The notes under the pieces are model-generated. The model did no database searches, was not told where the DNA came from, and was given only the letters and a program-made list of their open reading frames with translations. A stretch of 60,459 nucleotides of DNA, counting the filler, from Dirinaria sp. TL-2023a (lineage: Eukaryota): the NCBI GenBank assembly GCA_051941275.1. It is 8 parts of 8 records of this genome, joined end to end, with 100 filler letters (N's around TTAATTAATTAA, not from the genome) between each part and the next. Parts side by side here need not be neighbours in the genome. Positions count along the whole stretch, not along the records: positions 22,733 to 30,200 come from JAVEBF010001309.1; positions 30,301 to 37,768 come from JAVEBF010001310.1; 6 more parts are not named here. One strand, 5' to 3'. The position numbers and the translations under genes were made by a program. This document shows, piece after piece, positions 22,733 to 36,244 of this stretch. Within the stretch, counting starts at the first letter, position 1, and each line of letters opens with the position of its first letter.

Positions 22733-24338
22733 TCCACGACCTCTTGTAGCTGGGACCAATTGGCGTAACCCCAACGGCATTGATGGAATCCGAATGTAAA
22801 GTATTGCTGCATGGCTGGGAGGCCAATGGCACTCTTTTGCCAAGCTGTCGTGACATCGGGCTGTGTTGGTCCGGCATAAACATAGAGATCAATACTCCCT
22901 CCTGGACGGTCAGGGAGTCAGCGTAGGTCTTTCTGGCATTACCACAGTATCGTGAACCAAGGTTTACCAGATCCACTGGTGAGATGGATCGTATCGCTCT
23001 TTGGTAGATAGCAAGAAAAGGAAACTTGCAGGAGTGGAACATCACTCACCAAGGAGTCGCCAAGTGATATTCGAGGGTCGCAGCAGTATTTCTTGACCGT
23101 GCGCATTACGATTGTAAATCCCGTGCGAATATGATACATAGTCGGCGGTTGCATTTGTAGTGTTGGAGGTAACCAGCGTCAAATTGCCATCGGAATCGGT
23201 TTCGTAATATCTGGTATCAAGATAGAATGGATGGGACCCATAGATGTTCCTGCATTACATTCAGTGGCGGATTCGAGCCAAGTTGCGCAGATACTGGGAA
23301 ATCATGGAAAATCATGGGTGCTTTTCGTCGCCTGTCTCATAGGGCTCTTCACATACTCATCAATGGGATCGCCAACGTCTGCCGCATAAATTGTCTTCGT
23401 AAAGTTATTCCCCAACCGTAACCCATGGATCGACTCGCCGAGCCCGTAAAGATTGTAGTTCTCCGGTAGCGGACTTGCAAACTCAATGAATTGATTTTCA
23501 AAAATGAGCTTTGTGCCTTCAGTCGAAAATAGGGTGTCACCAGTAGATACTCGGAAAACGGTGAACGAGAATGAGGGCTCATTGCTCCACACGAAGCTCA
23601 GATCACTTTTCAAGCTTGTCATGTTGGCGTCTGAATCCCGTGTAGGTTGATGGACCAAGTGATCCGGCAAGATGTAATAAGATTGATTTGTGCTATCGAT
23701 CAATGCCGGAACGATTCTTATCGAAAGTCGGTCAGCGGACTGGTATTCCACAGTCAGGTTAAGGGTATCGATATCCGTCCCGTATACATTGCAAGCAGGT
23801 CCGGCTAGCGATAGCGTTGCTGACAGTCCATAGGGCGATCGTATAACATTGGACGCGCTATAGCCTGGGCACACTGTCTGCGCATCGACTGCTTGGCTGC
23901 GTAGGAATTTCGTGTTAGCGGTTTTAAACCGGCGCAAAGACAACGGGATGCACTCAAGGGCCTGGAACGTCTTGGACAAGCGTTATGCCGAAGCCCGTCG
24001 AGACAGTAGCTTGATGCTATGGGTGATTGAGGTACTCACGGGTCTACAATATTTGGAATCAAGGCCGCGCCTATGTCCGCTTCTGGCGGTACTGTGAATA
24101 TTGGCCGGAACGTTGACACCGTCCCATTAACAGTTGCAACAGGTGAGCCGGTCATTGAGGGGAGGACAGCTGCCGGCGTGGCTCCAATTGCACTCTGGCT
24201 GCTAGAGCTACCAGCTGCTTCGGTATCAACATCTGGGCTTTGGGCGCAACTGAATTTGGCAAGCTGTAGCATGAGATGGGCGAAAGCATTTGCTGCCGAA
24301 AATGGGGAGCCAAACATCCTGGCTGAGAGGGGCCGCAT
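22733..24338 (-). CDS. GH31 alpha-glucosidase (AgdA-like, probably secreted), N-terminal part only; exons 24338-24040, 23896-23357, 23249-23050, 22901-contig end
   Basis: AVDAQTVCPGY, LAGPACNVYGTDI, YNLYGLGE, NIYGSHPFYLDTRY, GGSIDLYVYAGP, IGLPAMQQYFTFGFHQCRWGY. The start codon (24338 vs 24317) is uncertain. Confidence 0.93.
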
Positions 24339-24470
24339 CTCCAGCCAGTGTAGAAGGTAGAAAGTAAGGAACAGGAATACAAGATAACAACAGCCCTACG
24401 GAAACAAGATATCACTCTCAAATTGGAGAGGGGGCCGGAGACACCGGCAGAGGCTCAGTAGGGAGCTCAT

Positions 24471-24481
24471 CTTATATATAT
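24471..24481 (-). promoter_or_regulatory. TATA box of the GH31 gene
   Basis: ATATATATAAG on the minus strand about 135 bp upstream of the ATG. Confidence 0.6.
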
Positions 24482-25622
24482 CCTCCCCAACTGAAATTAG
24501 CACCAAGTCAACGAGCTACATGGGATGACGAAGGTCCCCTCCCAGCTCCCCTGTGGCTGTTGAGGGGGTCATATGCGGGCGCCCAGGGCGTGGAGATCGA
24601 TGGTGCCTGAGCTAGATGGTCGCTATAGCGGTTCATAGGTCAGTCATTTGGAAGGATGTAGGGTCCCAAAAACATATGACGATTTGCTGTGGCTGTCGGG
24701 AGCTGCCGGCGGCGAGAGTTGCCCGGATGCTGCCTCAGCCTTAAGAAGCTTCGGAGTATGGAAAGTGGGAGGAAAGAGAAAATTCATGGTCCTCTGAAAT
24801 AACACACCGTGATTCGGCCAATGCCTGCAGATCGAAAGACTAACGAGACTTGAAAAGAGGATACCCCGCCACGCCCGCCTCTGCGGCCACGCTATGCTGA
24901 GGTACAACCTTCCTTTACTCCGTACACTAAAGAACATGTCAATGCGGGGAAAATTCTGCAAAGTCGCTTTCTGTGGTATGACGCAAGAAAGCGCTCGGTG
25001 GCCAGTGAGGAAGGAGAGAAGAGATGCGAGAAGGCGAGAAGCAAAAAAAATCTCAGAATGGATACCACCAATCGGTCCGAAACAGAACCTGGAAATAACA
25101 GGAGTCATACGAAAGCATGGTTTCCTCAACAAAGAGCAATCGAATCACCCATTCAAGCCGTAAGCAATCCCTATGTGACACCCACAATTCTCTGCCGGTG
25201 CAGTGCGTGGTTTGCTGCCCAGCTCGCTCACTCTGCCCTAATATAGGGCCTCCCAACCATTAAGTAGAATTGTAAGTATAACGGCCACCACTATGTAGCC
25301 GAAAGCAACTTGCCTGTCTTTTGCCCAATTTAGAGTACAGTCCAGTCTAAGCGCCAATGCTACAGAGCCGCTTTTGTGAGCCATTCTCGGTGCGGAAACG
25401 AACAAGTCCTGCTGAGCGCCGTGCTGGTTGATCTCGTGTGCCCAAAGCCCTCGCAAAAGCGCCGGTGATTGTACAAATCCTCCAAAACCCTATCCAGAAA
25501 TGCCGGAGATGTGCAGAAGCCCCGTGGAAGCCTAACAAGTCCATACCGGGCTTGACGGAATCGCCATGCCCGCTATCGCAGATATTTCCGTGATCGTAAC
25601 CCTCGCTCGGTGACATTGTCCC

Positions 25623-28600
25623 CTACACCCGGTCATCGCCAACTCTTGCCTTGCCACGTCTCCTGAAAAAGTCCATCACCCTTTTCGCGGCCCCGGATGT
25701 TCCTGCATGGTGTCCACCGCCTCCATATCCCGGCTCTGGATCTTGCTCGTAAGCATCTGCAAATTTCCGGTTGCTCTTCGTCAACACCGCGGCGCCGGGT
25801 GCCTTGCGATTCTGTTGCATTGATGATCGCGGCTCGTCTTCGTAGCTGTTGAATCCCTGAGGGTAGATGGGACGACGTTGATTAACCCCAAGAGACACTT
25901 CCGAGTCCGTGGGAGTCCCCGACTCTCCAAGCAGATAGGACTGTCCTTGGGGAGGTCTCAGGGGACTCAGAGGCTCCTGCTGGGTGATGAATGTTGAGTC
26001 ACTGTATTGTAGCTGCTCTGTCTGAGCTCCGCCGTGCGATAACATCCCATTCCTTCCTGTTTGTTGGACGATATCATCGCCCTGGCCGTCGTAACCTGTT
26101 GTGGCACTTTGCTGGTTGCGGTAACTGTTCGACCGGCTCTGCCCCCGGCTGTAAGCCATGGTCTGCGGTCGAGACTGTTCCCGGCTGGGAGGCGCCTGTT
26201 GCATCGTAGAGGGCCTGTGCTCCGAGACCGGCAACGTATTACCGGATCGTTGATCCTTAGCACCACCAGTAAGGCCTTTGAATGAGAACGAAGCTGGAAG
26301 AAGCGAAAACCTCCGAGGCTTTTCCTGACTCGACAGGTCGCTATTCTTCCTTAAATCACTACTTTTTCGACCGAAGCCGAACGATGCCGAGCGGCGAGAC
26401 TCCATAGATTGTCGAGGGCTATCTGAGGAAATGGGCGCCTTCATACTAGTTGGCGGATAGCGTTTTTCGGCTGGCGGCTTCTGCTCTTGGTTCGCCTGTG
26501 ATGATCGGCCAAAGACAGATCCCGATCTACCTAGGAGGTTTCCTAGCGTGTTGGATCGTTTATGCCCTCGCTGGTGGTCTCTTTGTGTTGGTGCAGGGGG
26601 TTCTGGCACGTATTGCTGAGTACTGGGGCGCCCTACTGACTGTTCTGCATAGTACGGCTGTGATTGGGGGATTGGTGCTGATATGTTGTACTGCTTTCCA
26701 TTCTTGGGCTGGGCAAGTCTCCCCTGCGCATTGGTTGCGGCTACAGTTGGAGCAAGCGGCTGGCTGTAGGAGTTTCCACGCGATGGTAATCGAGCTGCTC
26801 CACTGGACATAGAACCGCCGGTTGCTGGCCTGCCCGTCGTTATTGAGGGCAATGGAGCGAAGGCACCAGTCGAGTCTGAAACCGAACGGGGTAAATCTTT
26901 GGGCGGTCTATTGGGCGGCGCCATAGCCTGTTGAGAGTTACTTGGCCGTTGTTGGGTTCGAGTGGAGGAAGTTTGTCCATAGTAAGACTGATCCTGGCGT
27001 TGTGTTTGTGTAGGTGCTAGAGGCTTTTTTGATACCGCAGCTGGCTGTCGTGTGACATTCTCAAGGCCCTCGGTAGCACCTCTAGCACGAGCCTTGGAAG
27101 AGCCTGAGGCTACAGCTGGCGAGGTGCCAACCGCAGAAGGCGAAGAAACTGCAGGTGTTCCCTCACCCCTCACTGTCTGCGATTGAGGCGCAACGTACTC
27201 GACTTGCACAGTTCTTCGCTTCGGGTCGCGCGTGGCCTTCGTCTTCTCAGCCGGTAATTCAGGATCAATCCTACCTTGATGACTCAATCCACCCACTGGA
27301 GACATATTGGCCGGGTTCAACTTCGAAGGCTCTCTAACGGAAGCACTGCGGGCTAGTAAAGGTGCCTCCTGTTGATCTGTTGCTAATATTAGCAAAAGAA
27401 ATGGATATCAGGATGCAGAAGATTAGGGAATAGCGGCCCAAACTGGCTGCAACATTCGTAAAACATACCGGACTTGACGATGGTATTCGCAATCTCACCA
27501 ACAGTTGTACTACTGCTTGTGACATGGGAGACAACATGGGCGTAATCACTCAACCAACTGTGTCTTGCAACTTCGAACAGGTCTGCTCGCTTCCGAGGAT
27601 CAGGCACAAGAATCCTACGGAGTAAATCTCGGGCATGCGGTGTAACGTATTCAGGGAATGTGAGGGGTGTAGAGACTATGTATTTGTAAAGTAAGTTAAT
27701 ATTGTCGCCCTCAGGGTTCGCCGGGTCATCGTCAAATGGAAGGTATCCGGCGAGCATAGCATACTATAGTTTCGTTAGCGAATTCGGCGCACAGAGAATT
27801 CGAAAATACCTACTAAAATGACTCCGCAACTCCATACATCTACCTTCCTGCCCGTGTACAGAGAGTCCGTCACAACCAGCTCCGGTGCCGCATAGCAAGG
27901 ACTACCACAGCTTGTTTGCATGAGATCGCCCTTTCGATGGCCATTTTTAAGTTGGTCCAGACCCATCCTCTTTATAAAATCACGGTTGCCGAGATGGACT
28001 TCGATGTCTTCGCCAAGTTCCTCCCGAGGGTCGAAGGTGTTTGCAAAACCAAAATCCGTAATGATGATGTTTCGATTGCGGTCAAGCAGCAGGTTCTCCA
28101 GCTTGAGATCTCGATGAACGATTCCCTTTTTGTGAAGGTAACCGACTCCAGACACTAATTGAGCGAACAATCGCCTTGCCGAATTGTCCTTCAGATAGCG
28201 CTGGTTCAAGATATAATCAAACAATTCTCCACCAGATGCGTACTCTAGGATAATGCCTATGACCGCCTTTGTTTCGACCATTTCGTGAAGGCGGACAATG
28301 TTAGGATGTGACAATTCCCGAAGGATAGATATTTCTCGGTGTATTTTGGGTAGTCGGCTGGGGTTCGAGCCTAAAGCTTCCAAGCGTATCAATTTGATAG
28401 CCACCTGAACGCTCCCGTCCTTTTTCCAGCCCAGCTTAACTTTGCCGAATTCACCCTCGCCTAAGGTCTGTCCAAGCACATAATCACCGAACTTGGTCTC
28501 CTTTCGTCTGCCTGTGCTTGCCGAATGGTCCTGTCTCCGTTGCACAGAGCCTCCACCGCTGGTGTCGATGCTTACACTTGCAGCAGTATCCAGGCCCGGT

Positions 28601-29460
28601 ACAGCCTCCGCTTGCCGCTCCTGTTCACGTGCAATATCAATCTGGGGGTCGGTAACAACGACGCGGTTGATTATCTGACTTTCTTCTCGCGCTGAACTTA
28701 CGTTCGCGACTCCGCCGGCCACGTTCGAAACAGAGCGACTTTGGACAGCTGCAGGAGATTGTTGAGCTCCTGATTCTCGGTGGCTTCGAGCTCGTTGTGG
28801 CACCTCAGGCGATGCTGGCCCTCTTCGCCTAGATCGAGCTGCAGCCGCGGCTGCAGTGGTTGCATCACCAGTGGGTTCCACATCGCTTGCCATTTGCTGG
28901 TCTCTAGCATAGTGGGGGCCACGAGATGAGGCTGGTCTATCCTGAGTGTTAGTGGTGTGCCCAGCTGGCATTGTTCTGTCGACTAGAGGGGCCGTTGAAG
29001 GCAGATTCGTAGTCTGACTTCTCTGGTTGGACGACGTCCGAGGCGGTGGTGGTATTGGTGGTCCTCCAGACAAGTCTTGTTGTACTCGTGGTTCTCCTCG
29101 AGACGACTGGTGGGATGGTGAATTTGCAGCAACATTAGGTGTCATGGATGACGCGCCGGTAGTGTTTTGTATATCTTGCCCACGCGGCGCGCTCGAGACA
29201 GATGGGTACGATCCCGTCGGCGATTGGTAATGACCTGACGGAGATATGTCCCGGTTGCCATTGCCATTGCCACTTGGGCGCCTTGAAGGACGCCGAGAAG
29301 CTTGTGGAGAATGTGCTGTTCTTGTACCAGACTGAACCCGACCAGTGTCTGCTTGCTGCGGCGAGTGTGACGCATATTGACGTCGCGAAGTCGAAGATGA
29401 ATCTGCAGTGTACGACGCCGATGATACCGGAGCTTGGGTCTGTTGAGAGGCGACTTGCAT
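25623..29460 (-). CDS. KIN4: Kin4/KfsA-family Ser/Thr protein kinase, 3 exons (introns 27813-27764 and 27468-~27380)
   Basis: KETKFGDYVLGQTLGEGEFGKVKLGW, HRDLKLEN, TDFGFANTF, TSCGSPCYAAPELVV, YAMLAGYLPFDDDPANPEGDNINLLYKYI, and the C-terminal AAKRVMDFFRRRGK. Confidence 0.9.
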
Positions 29461-30200
29461 CTTGACAAGGTATATTGGGAACTCTCAAGTACCGTCCACC
29501 CTCCACACACCCAACCACCAAGAGCAAGTCGTAACTCTGTGGCGCTGTGCAGAGCAGAAATTCTAAAAGTGCGAACGCGAATCTTTACCGACGCGCCTAG
29601 ACCGAGAATTGGCAACAGGAGATTGGTCGGATCAGAGGAGCTTTGGCTAGAAAGAAAGGATGCACCTCAGTCGGTAATCGGTGTATGTGGGACGCTTTCG
29701 AGGGGCAGTCGGTCAAGGGCAATCGCGTTGTGCTGTGAATATTATGTCAGTCACCTACGTCCCCCAACGTCCAAGCAATGGCGTGAGACTGTTGCAGCGC
29801 GGTTGAGGGGGCAATAATGATGGGATATGCAGTAGAGCAGATTGCAGGCTTGCAGATTGGATGCAGCGATACCGGAATGGTAGGGTCGAGCTGCAGTGCA
29901 ATCTATATCAACCCCGAATATGAGGGGACATGAAACAGCACGCAGTGCAACGAACCGCGCGGTTGATTCGGAAGTTACCTCACTTACAGAAGCTCTGATC
30001 GTCGTGGACTGCGTCTAACGAAAACAGATCCAAGCAAGTACAGTATGCCAGCTAGAATGACAAGAGAACGAAAGAAGGAGCGTGGGCGAAGGAGTGACTA
30101 CGACGGGGAGGGAATGACGCCGATAAGCGGTCATTGAAGATGATTGACGTCGTTGGAGGCCTCGAAAAGCCGTTATACAACGAACGGCCTGGCCGGGGGG

Positions 30201-30300
30201 NNNNNNNNNNNNNNNNNNNNNNNNNNNNNNNNNNNNNNNNNNNNTTAATTAATTAANNNNNNNNNNNNNNNNNNNNNNNNNNNNNNNNNNNNNNNNNNNN
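30201..30300. other. Artificial contig-join linker
   Basis: N44-TTAATTAATTAA-N44. Confidence 0.99.
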
Positions 30301-30454
30301 GAAGAAGAAGAAGAAGAAGGAGGGGTGGGTTTGTTATGAACGAGTAACGGGTAGAGAGAGAGTACGAGAAGCGCTTGCGAATTCTATGCCCGTTTTGTGG
30401 TTGGTGAGGAAAGCTCAAGCGGTGGGCGCGGGGGGAGGGCAAAAGCCCCTTCAT

Positions 30455-33400
30455 TCACACATGCCCATTCACCAACAAGCCGTTTGTGGTCGTGGTCGTG
30501 GTCGTCGTGGCCGTCGTCGGCCCAGTCACCGCTTCATGATTTGCCGTCGTCGTGGTGACCATTTCCTCCTCCCGTCTCACACCGAAACGTCCTTCCGCGC
30601 ACTCGTTTTCCCACGTGCCCCCGACTCCGAAGGGGTGCTGATGCAACGCCATCGCACGCGTGTAGAGCAGTTCCTTGCTGAGATGCGGGTGGCGGGGGAC
30701 AATGTCCATGAAATCGGTGTAGCGGATCCAGAACATGGGTTCCATGGTGAAGAATTTCGGCCGCGTCTCGCTGTAGAGCGTTTTCTCGTCTTTGTCGTTG
30801 CGGAAGCAGGGGATCCGCGTGCCGGATTGCTGGTTGCGGAGGAGACGCCAGAGGGATCCGCGCTGGTCGACGGTTATGGGCCGGCGATGCCATGCTGTGT
30901 CTGCGCAAAACAGCCTTAGAGTCAGTAGCTTGCTCGTTTTTCGTGCTTCGCGGATTCCGAGTAAAGGGCCTGCTTACATTGGGAGAGTTCAAGGTCTTTG
31001 TTCGCCAGCAGTGGTGCCACTTGAATGTTCGCAACCCAACGCTCACTCATTTCCTCCTTGCTGCAATTGGGATCCAATTCCGACGTTTCCACTGTATACA
31101 GCGGCAGCCACTTATTGATCCACTGTAGATCTCGAGCTTCGTCTGCATTCAGCTCAGCAGCTCGCCTTAGGCCATTGGGCAGAGCATCCCTCCGCTGCTG
31201 CTCTCTTTCCTCCTGAAGCCGCAATCTGCGCATTTCCTCACGATGCTCCATTTCGGCTTTTCGACGTTCCTCTTTCTCTCGCTGCTGACGTTCTTGTTCG
31301 GCGCGACGCGCTTGGAGCTCTTCGTTACGTATTTTGAGTGCGCGTGCCTCTTCTTCTTCGCGCTCTATTTGTAATTGTCGTTCGGCTTCTGCTGCTTCAA
31401 GTGCTGCCTTCAGACGGACTTCTTCAGCTTTCCGCTGGCGATCGGCCTCAGCTTCTGTTGTACGAGTGGGTTGGGGTTCGGGATCGTGTGCTGTGCGCTC
31501 CTGCTCTTCTTTGCTGGCCGAGTCATTAGCGTTAGGATCAGCTTTGGCAGTAGCAGTAGGAGCATTATCCTTAGCCGTAGTTCCTGCAATATTCGATTGG
31601 GATCTGCCGGCCGCACCTAGATCTTGCAAATTATGCTCGCCTATCCTAGGACTCTGGCTTGCCTGGGTGACGACCTCATGTTGCAATGCTCGATCGATAT
31701 TGCCGAAAGGTGATCTCGTATTCGATCGAGCTTCGGCTGGCGACCGAACCTTTGGGGAAGTCACAGCATGCCCACCCATGAAAGCCACAGGCGCCGACCC
31801 TGGCGTTTTGAGAGGCGACAGAATAGGTTCTGGACTCGCAATCATGTTGGGTACCGTGGTAGGACCCTTCAGCACGTGCGTATCATTGTCTTGCTCAACG
31901 GCGTCTCCTTCGGTCTCAATCCGTCGTTTCTTTCTGACGATTTCACCAAACTTCCCATGGTCAGCACTGCCACTGCGTAAGCTCGTGCTAACTCGTGGTC
32001 GCTTTTTATTTGGCTCTTGCCTGTTCGGCGATGGCTCTTTATGGACCTTTCGATCATGTGATACAGCGACCGAAGTGTCAGAAGATTTGCGCGTAGGTAT
32101 GTCATTACTCGAGCACGGAGAGCCTTCGGTTGCCGCACTCGCCCTTCGCTTTAGATCATGATCGCTGATCTCGTTCTTTGACATGAGTCGCCGCCTTGGC
32201 TTTGCGATGGCTTCCAATCTGGAGTTTTCTAGCGACCCAACGTCACTAACGGAACGAGCGGCTTTTGTTCGAATTTTCGGAGGAGCCAGCGATTCAGCTT
32301 CACGGTCGGAAGCAACCGCAGAAGCATCTTTGTGATCATCATCTGCGCGAATGTGCTTATGATAGCTGAACCTTTGAGATGATTGCCTTTTCATCCCATC
32401 CTCGGACCGTTCATTATTCGGTGAAGCGCGCGGTGAAGATGATGCTTCTGGCCGCTTGGCCCGAATCTTGCGTGGTGAACCATGCGTCGACCGTCTTCCC
32501 CCTTCAGCGACGTAATTATCATACGCTTCTTTCAAGATGTCGTACTCTTGTTGCCAGTTGGAGCCTTGTCTTTGTTTCGCAAGCTCGTAGTAGGAGCAGC
32601 CGCGATACAGTCGCCTGGTAGGATCAAAGCCGGACTGCTTAAGGAGCAATTCAACCACCTTGATGTTACCACCACCAATCGCAGCAAGCATTGGCGTATT
32701 CTGACCGGGCTTGTAGTCACTAGGGGATAAAGGTTCTGGATCGGGTTCAGGATTACGCCCCAGCGCGATCAGCAATTGCAAGACCACGTCGTGGCCGCCT
32801 CTCGCTGCAACGAGCATAGACTCGGTGTCGGCCGGCCGAGTGTTCAATATGTGCCCGACAACTTCAAGATCACCTTTGCTGGCAGCCTCTCGCAGTCTTT
32901 CCGGCGTCGCGCTAATCCATAACAGCCCTTCCCTGGTTGCTTGACTTCTCGCGGTCTTCCTCCGTGCAGCTTCACCTCCTAAACCTATTGTTTTACCGAA
33001 TTGTCGGGATCCTTCGTTACCGGCCGCGACAGCTTTGCTTTGAGTAGAGTCTGTTGGACTGCCCGCCGATGCGCTGACCGATGCTCCATCATTGTCCCGT
33101 GTTCCGGCGGACTGGTCTTCAGAAGCGCGTCGAAGGGACTCTTTTGCTTTGGCCGCAAGGAGAGCATCTCTAATAGCATCATAATTGTCGTTTTCTTGCT
33201 TGACAAGGTCCAGCGGTTCATCGCCCCTGCCATTGCGTAAGCGTGGATCAGCGCCTGCTTTCAGTAACTGCATCACGACATCCAGGTGCCCGTTTTCAAC
33301 AGCATCAATAAGAGGCGTATCCCCGTCGACATTTTTGCAGTCGACAATGCATCCCTCATCGAGCAGAAATTGAACCGTCTCTGTGAATCCTTCAAGAGCA

Positions 33401-34485
33401 GCAATCTGTAGTGGAGTGTTCTCAGCATAGTCTGGTTCGTTCAAGTGGTGTGGCCGTTCCTTCAACTCAGCTGACAGCTGCTCGATGTTATCATTTGCGC
33501 AGGCGCGCGCGACAGGTGTACGACCACTTTTGTCAAGGATCTTCTTGTGCGACGTTTTCGCCATCGCGTGCTCATCGATTGAAGCAGACTTCTGCAGCTG
33601 CAGCCGATTCTGTGCCGAATTGCTATCGTCTGACTCTGGGTGAGTATCCTCAGAAGCCTTACGGCGGCGCTCAATTGACAACGATGGCGGGGCTTTTCTT
33701 CGCTTCACCCCAGTGTGAATATTACCTGCGTGGGAAGAATGCTGCCTAACATGCTGGTGGGCTGGAGGAGATTCTGAACGAGTACTCGACGTGTCCAGCT
33801 CTTTGACGCGCCTTTTCCCCCGCCGCTCTTGCCCGTTCCGCAATCCCGAACTCGGATCACTCTTCCCCCGTCGCTGCCTTGCATCTTGCTCGTCGTCGCG
33901 CTCAAGCTTACGCCTCCGTAGCCGGCTCTTCTTTGCTGCATCACCATCACCCAGACGCGGGACTCGTGAGGGTTCTGATCCTGATCCATTGTCCTTATCA
34001 GAACGGGTCTGGGGCGCAGGCGAGGAGAAGGTCGAACTCAGATTACTCGAGTTCCCTCCCTCCAGTGCCTCATTTGTCGCAACCTCTTGCACAGCACGTT
34101 TCCTCTTCAAGGAAGGTTTTCTCATCCCATTTTGACCATTCCTGTCTGGTTGCAACGCTTTACGGTCCTCGGTTTTTGTTGCGAAAGACGACAGCCTTGC
34201 TTCGGTATCGCTCGCATCTTCATGCTTTATGACCTTCTTCGCCGTGCCGTCTTCCTTCCCAGATAGTACCACAGTCTCGGCCTCAGAGTCGCTTTTGCCA
34301 TTTTTGCCATGTTTGACACCGTTCCCATTGACCAGCACTGCCTCTTCCCGCGCCGAAGCCTTATCCGGTGAACTGGATCGGCCAGTGGTCGTGTCTACAA
34401 CTTGACCTGTCCTGCTTTGTTCATGTCCAGCATTGTCGGCGTCGGCGGGGTTCCCTTGGGAGAACTCAGAATGCTCATTACTCAT
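30455..34485 (-). CDS. HOS4: Ankyrin-repeat protein, Set3C histone deacetylase complex subunit Hos4-like; 2 exons (intron 30977-30901)
   Basis: Ankyrin repeats (GRTPVARAC, NTPLQIAALEG, GDTPLIDAVENGHLDVV, NTPMLAAIGGGN), a coiled coil, and the C-terminal WVANIQVAPLLANKDLELSQYTAW. Confidence 0.8.
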
Positions 34486-35062
34486 AGCTTCCTCTTTCTT
34501 CTCGAAATCGCAATCCGTTTCATGCTGGGCCGTCTTGGCTTCAAGCTCTGGGCGTTGTGCGAAGAAGACGAGGCGAAAGCTATACCTCGTCGCCGATTAC
34601 AGTGGAGATAGCCAGCATGTCAATTTTGGTCCGAACAAGGTCGATGATGGTGGGAGTATATCGATAACACTTCTAGGTTGTGATGATGGTTGTGTTGTTG
34701 ACTACAACACAGTAGGTACCTCACTACTACAGAAGCTGAGAGTCGCTCCTCGGTCGCAATAATAATGGCAAAAGAAAGGATCGTGGCTGAGCCTCCTCTG
34801 ATTGGCGGTGGTGACAACGGGACCGAGGGGACAAGTGCTTAATCAGCTGGCTTGGCAGCTTGGCAGTCCAGCTATTCCCAAAGCCTCCATCCGATCCGAG
34901 GATCCTCCGAGCCTCTATCTTCCCGTCCAGACTCTTGAGTACTGTAGTAGTAGTCTACCTTAGTCTCCTGAGCCTCTTTCCCGGTGCGCTTCGCAGTTCG
35001 CACAGAACGAGGGATCACAACCGAAATTACAAATTACGGCAATTGAAGGCACTAGTCTAGGA

Positions 35063-36129
35063 ATGCTGGGACCGAAGCCGTTGCTCCAGTCTGGGTTCCT
35101 CATCACTTCCTGTACAGTAAAGCCTCCGGTGACGGCCCTCGAGCTTCGCTGACAGCGTTCAAATCAGATTCTCTTCGTTAACGCTACACCGGCCTTAAGG
35201 TCTCGCTTTCTCAACTATGGCTTGCGAGCCACGCCTCCTTCCAATCTGGCAAAGGAAAAGAATGGAAACAATGTCTATATTGGAAAAGATTCAGCGATCG
35301 GACAATTGTTGAGGTTACTTGACAGACTTGCATCCATCCAAGTCCCCCATGGTTCTTTTGGACATTTCTATATTGTCTCCTTATTGTCGTCCATTTTTTG
35401 GGCTTCCCAAGTTCTGAGCCATGGTAGCTTGTTGCAGACTCTCTGCCAAGCTGCTACATCGGAAGACGGGCACAATGAAGGCATGTCTATGAACCAAATT
35501 GTCCTGACCTGGTCCTGCTTGTTTCTTCAAGGAGCACGTCGACTCGTGGAGTCGTATTTGATCACCAAATCTTCAGCGTCAAGGATGTGGTTTGTCCATT
35601 GGCTTCTGGGGATGACCTTCTATCTGGCTGTAGGCGTCGCTGTATGGATCGAGGGAGCAGGTATGTCCTGCAATCAATGCATGGCTGAAGCTTCAAATCG
35701 CCATCGCTATAGCTGACGCTTTCGGATACAGGAACCCTTTTGAGCAACAAATCGGTGTGGGACGGACTAAAATCTCCAACACCTTCCATGCGCACTATGC
35801 TATGCATCCCTACCTTCATACTTGCGTCAGGTGTACAGCATGACTGCCACACTTATCTAGCATCTCTGCCGAAGTATACGCTACCTGTGCATCCACTTTT
35901 CCAGAGCGTCATCTGCCCACACTACACAGCGGAATGCGTTATCTATGCTTCAATGGCTGTCATGGCAGCACCGGCAGGCGCTTGGGTCAACAAGACCTTG
36001 TTCTGCGTACTCACATTCGTAGTAGTCAACCTCGGCGTGACTGCTTCATCCAGCAAGGAGTGGTATGCACAGAAATTTGGAAGAGACAAGGTAGACAGCA
36101 GGTGGAAACTCCTCCCTTTGGTTTTCTAG
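35063..36129 (+). CDS. DFG10: Polyprenol/polyprenal reductase (steroid 5-alpha-reductase family, SRD5A3/Dfg10); 3 exons (introns 35117-35167, 35661-35731)
   Basis: LRSRFLNYG, QVPHGSFGHFY, QGARRLVES, QHDCHTYLASL, KYTLP, ICPHYTAECVIY, KEWYAQKFG, RWKLLP. Confidence 0.9.
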
Positions 36130-36244
36130 AGCCTTACCACAATTGATCTGCTCCCACCTGGACGTTTTCCGCCACGCTATGCAGACTATGCACGTGGTTG
36201 AAGTTTCATACGCGCAGTAACGAGCCTGTCGTCAGCTGCCGCAT

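Noticed and set aside
24480..25600. CreA (SYGGRG) and AmyR-like sites upstream of the alpha-glucosidase
   Set aside because: A few SYGGRG matches exist but are expected by chance; I saw no clean CGG-N8-CGG site.
31334..32161. Long antisense ORFs (also 647-1054, 21930-22517, 46841-47746)
   Set aside because: Shadows of GC-rich coding strands of real genes.
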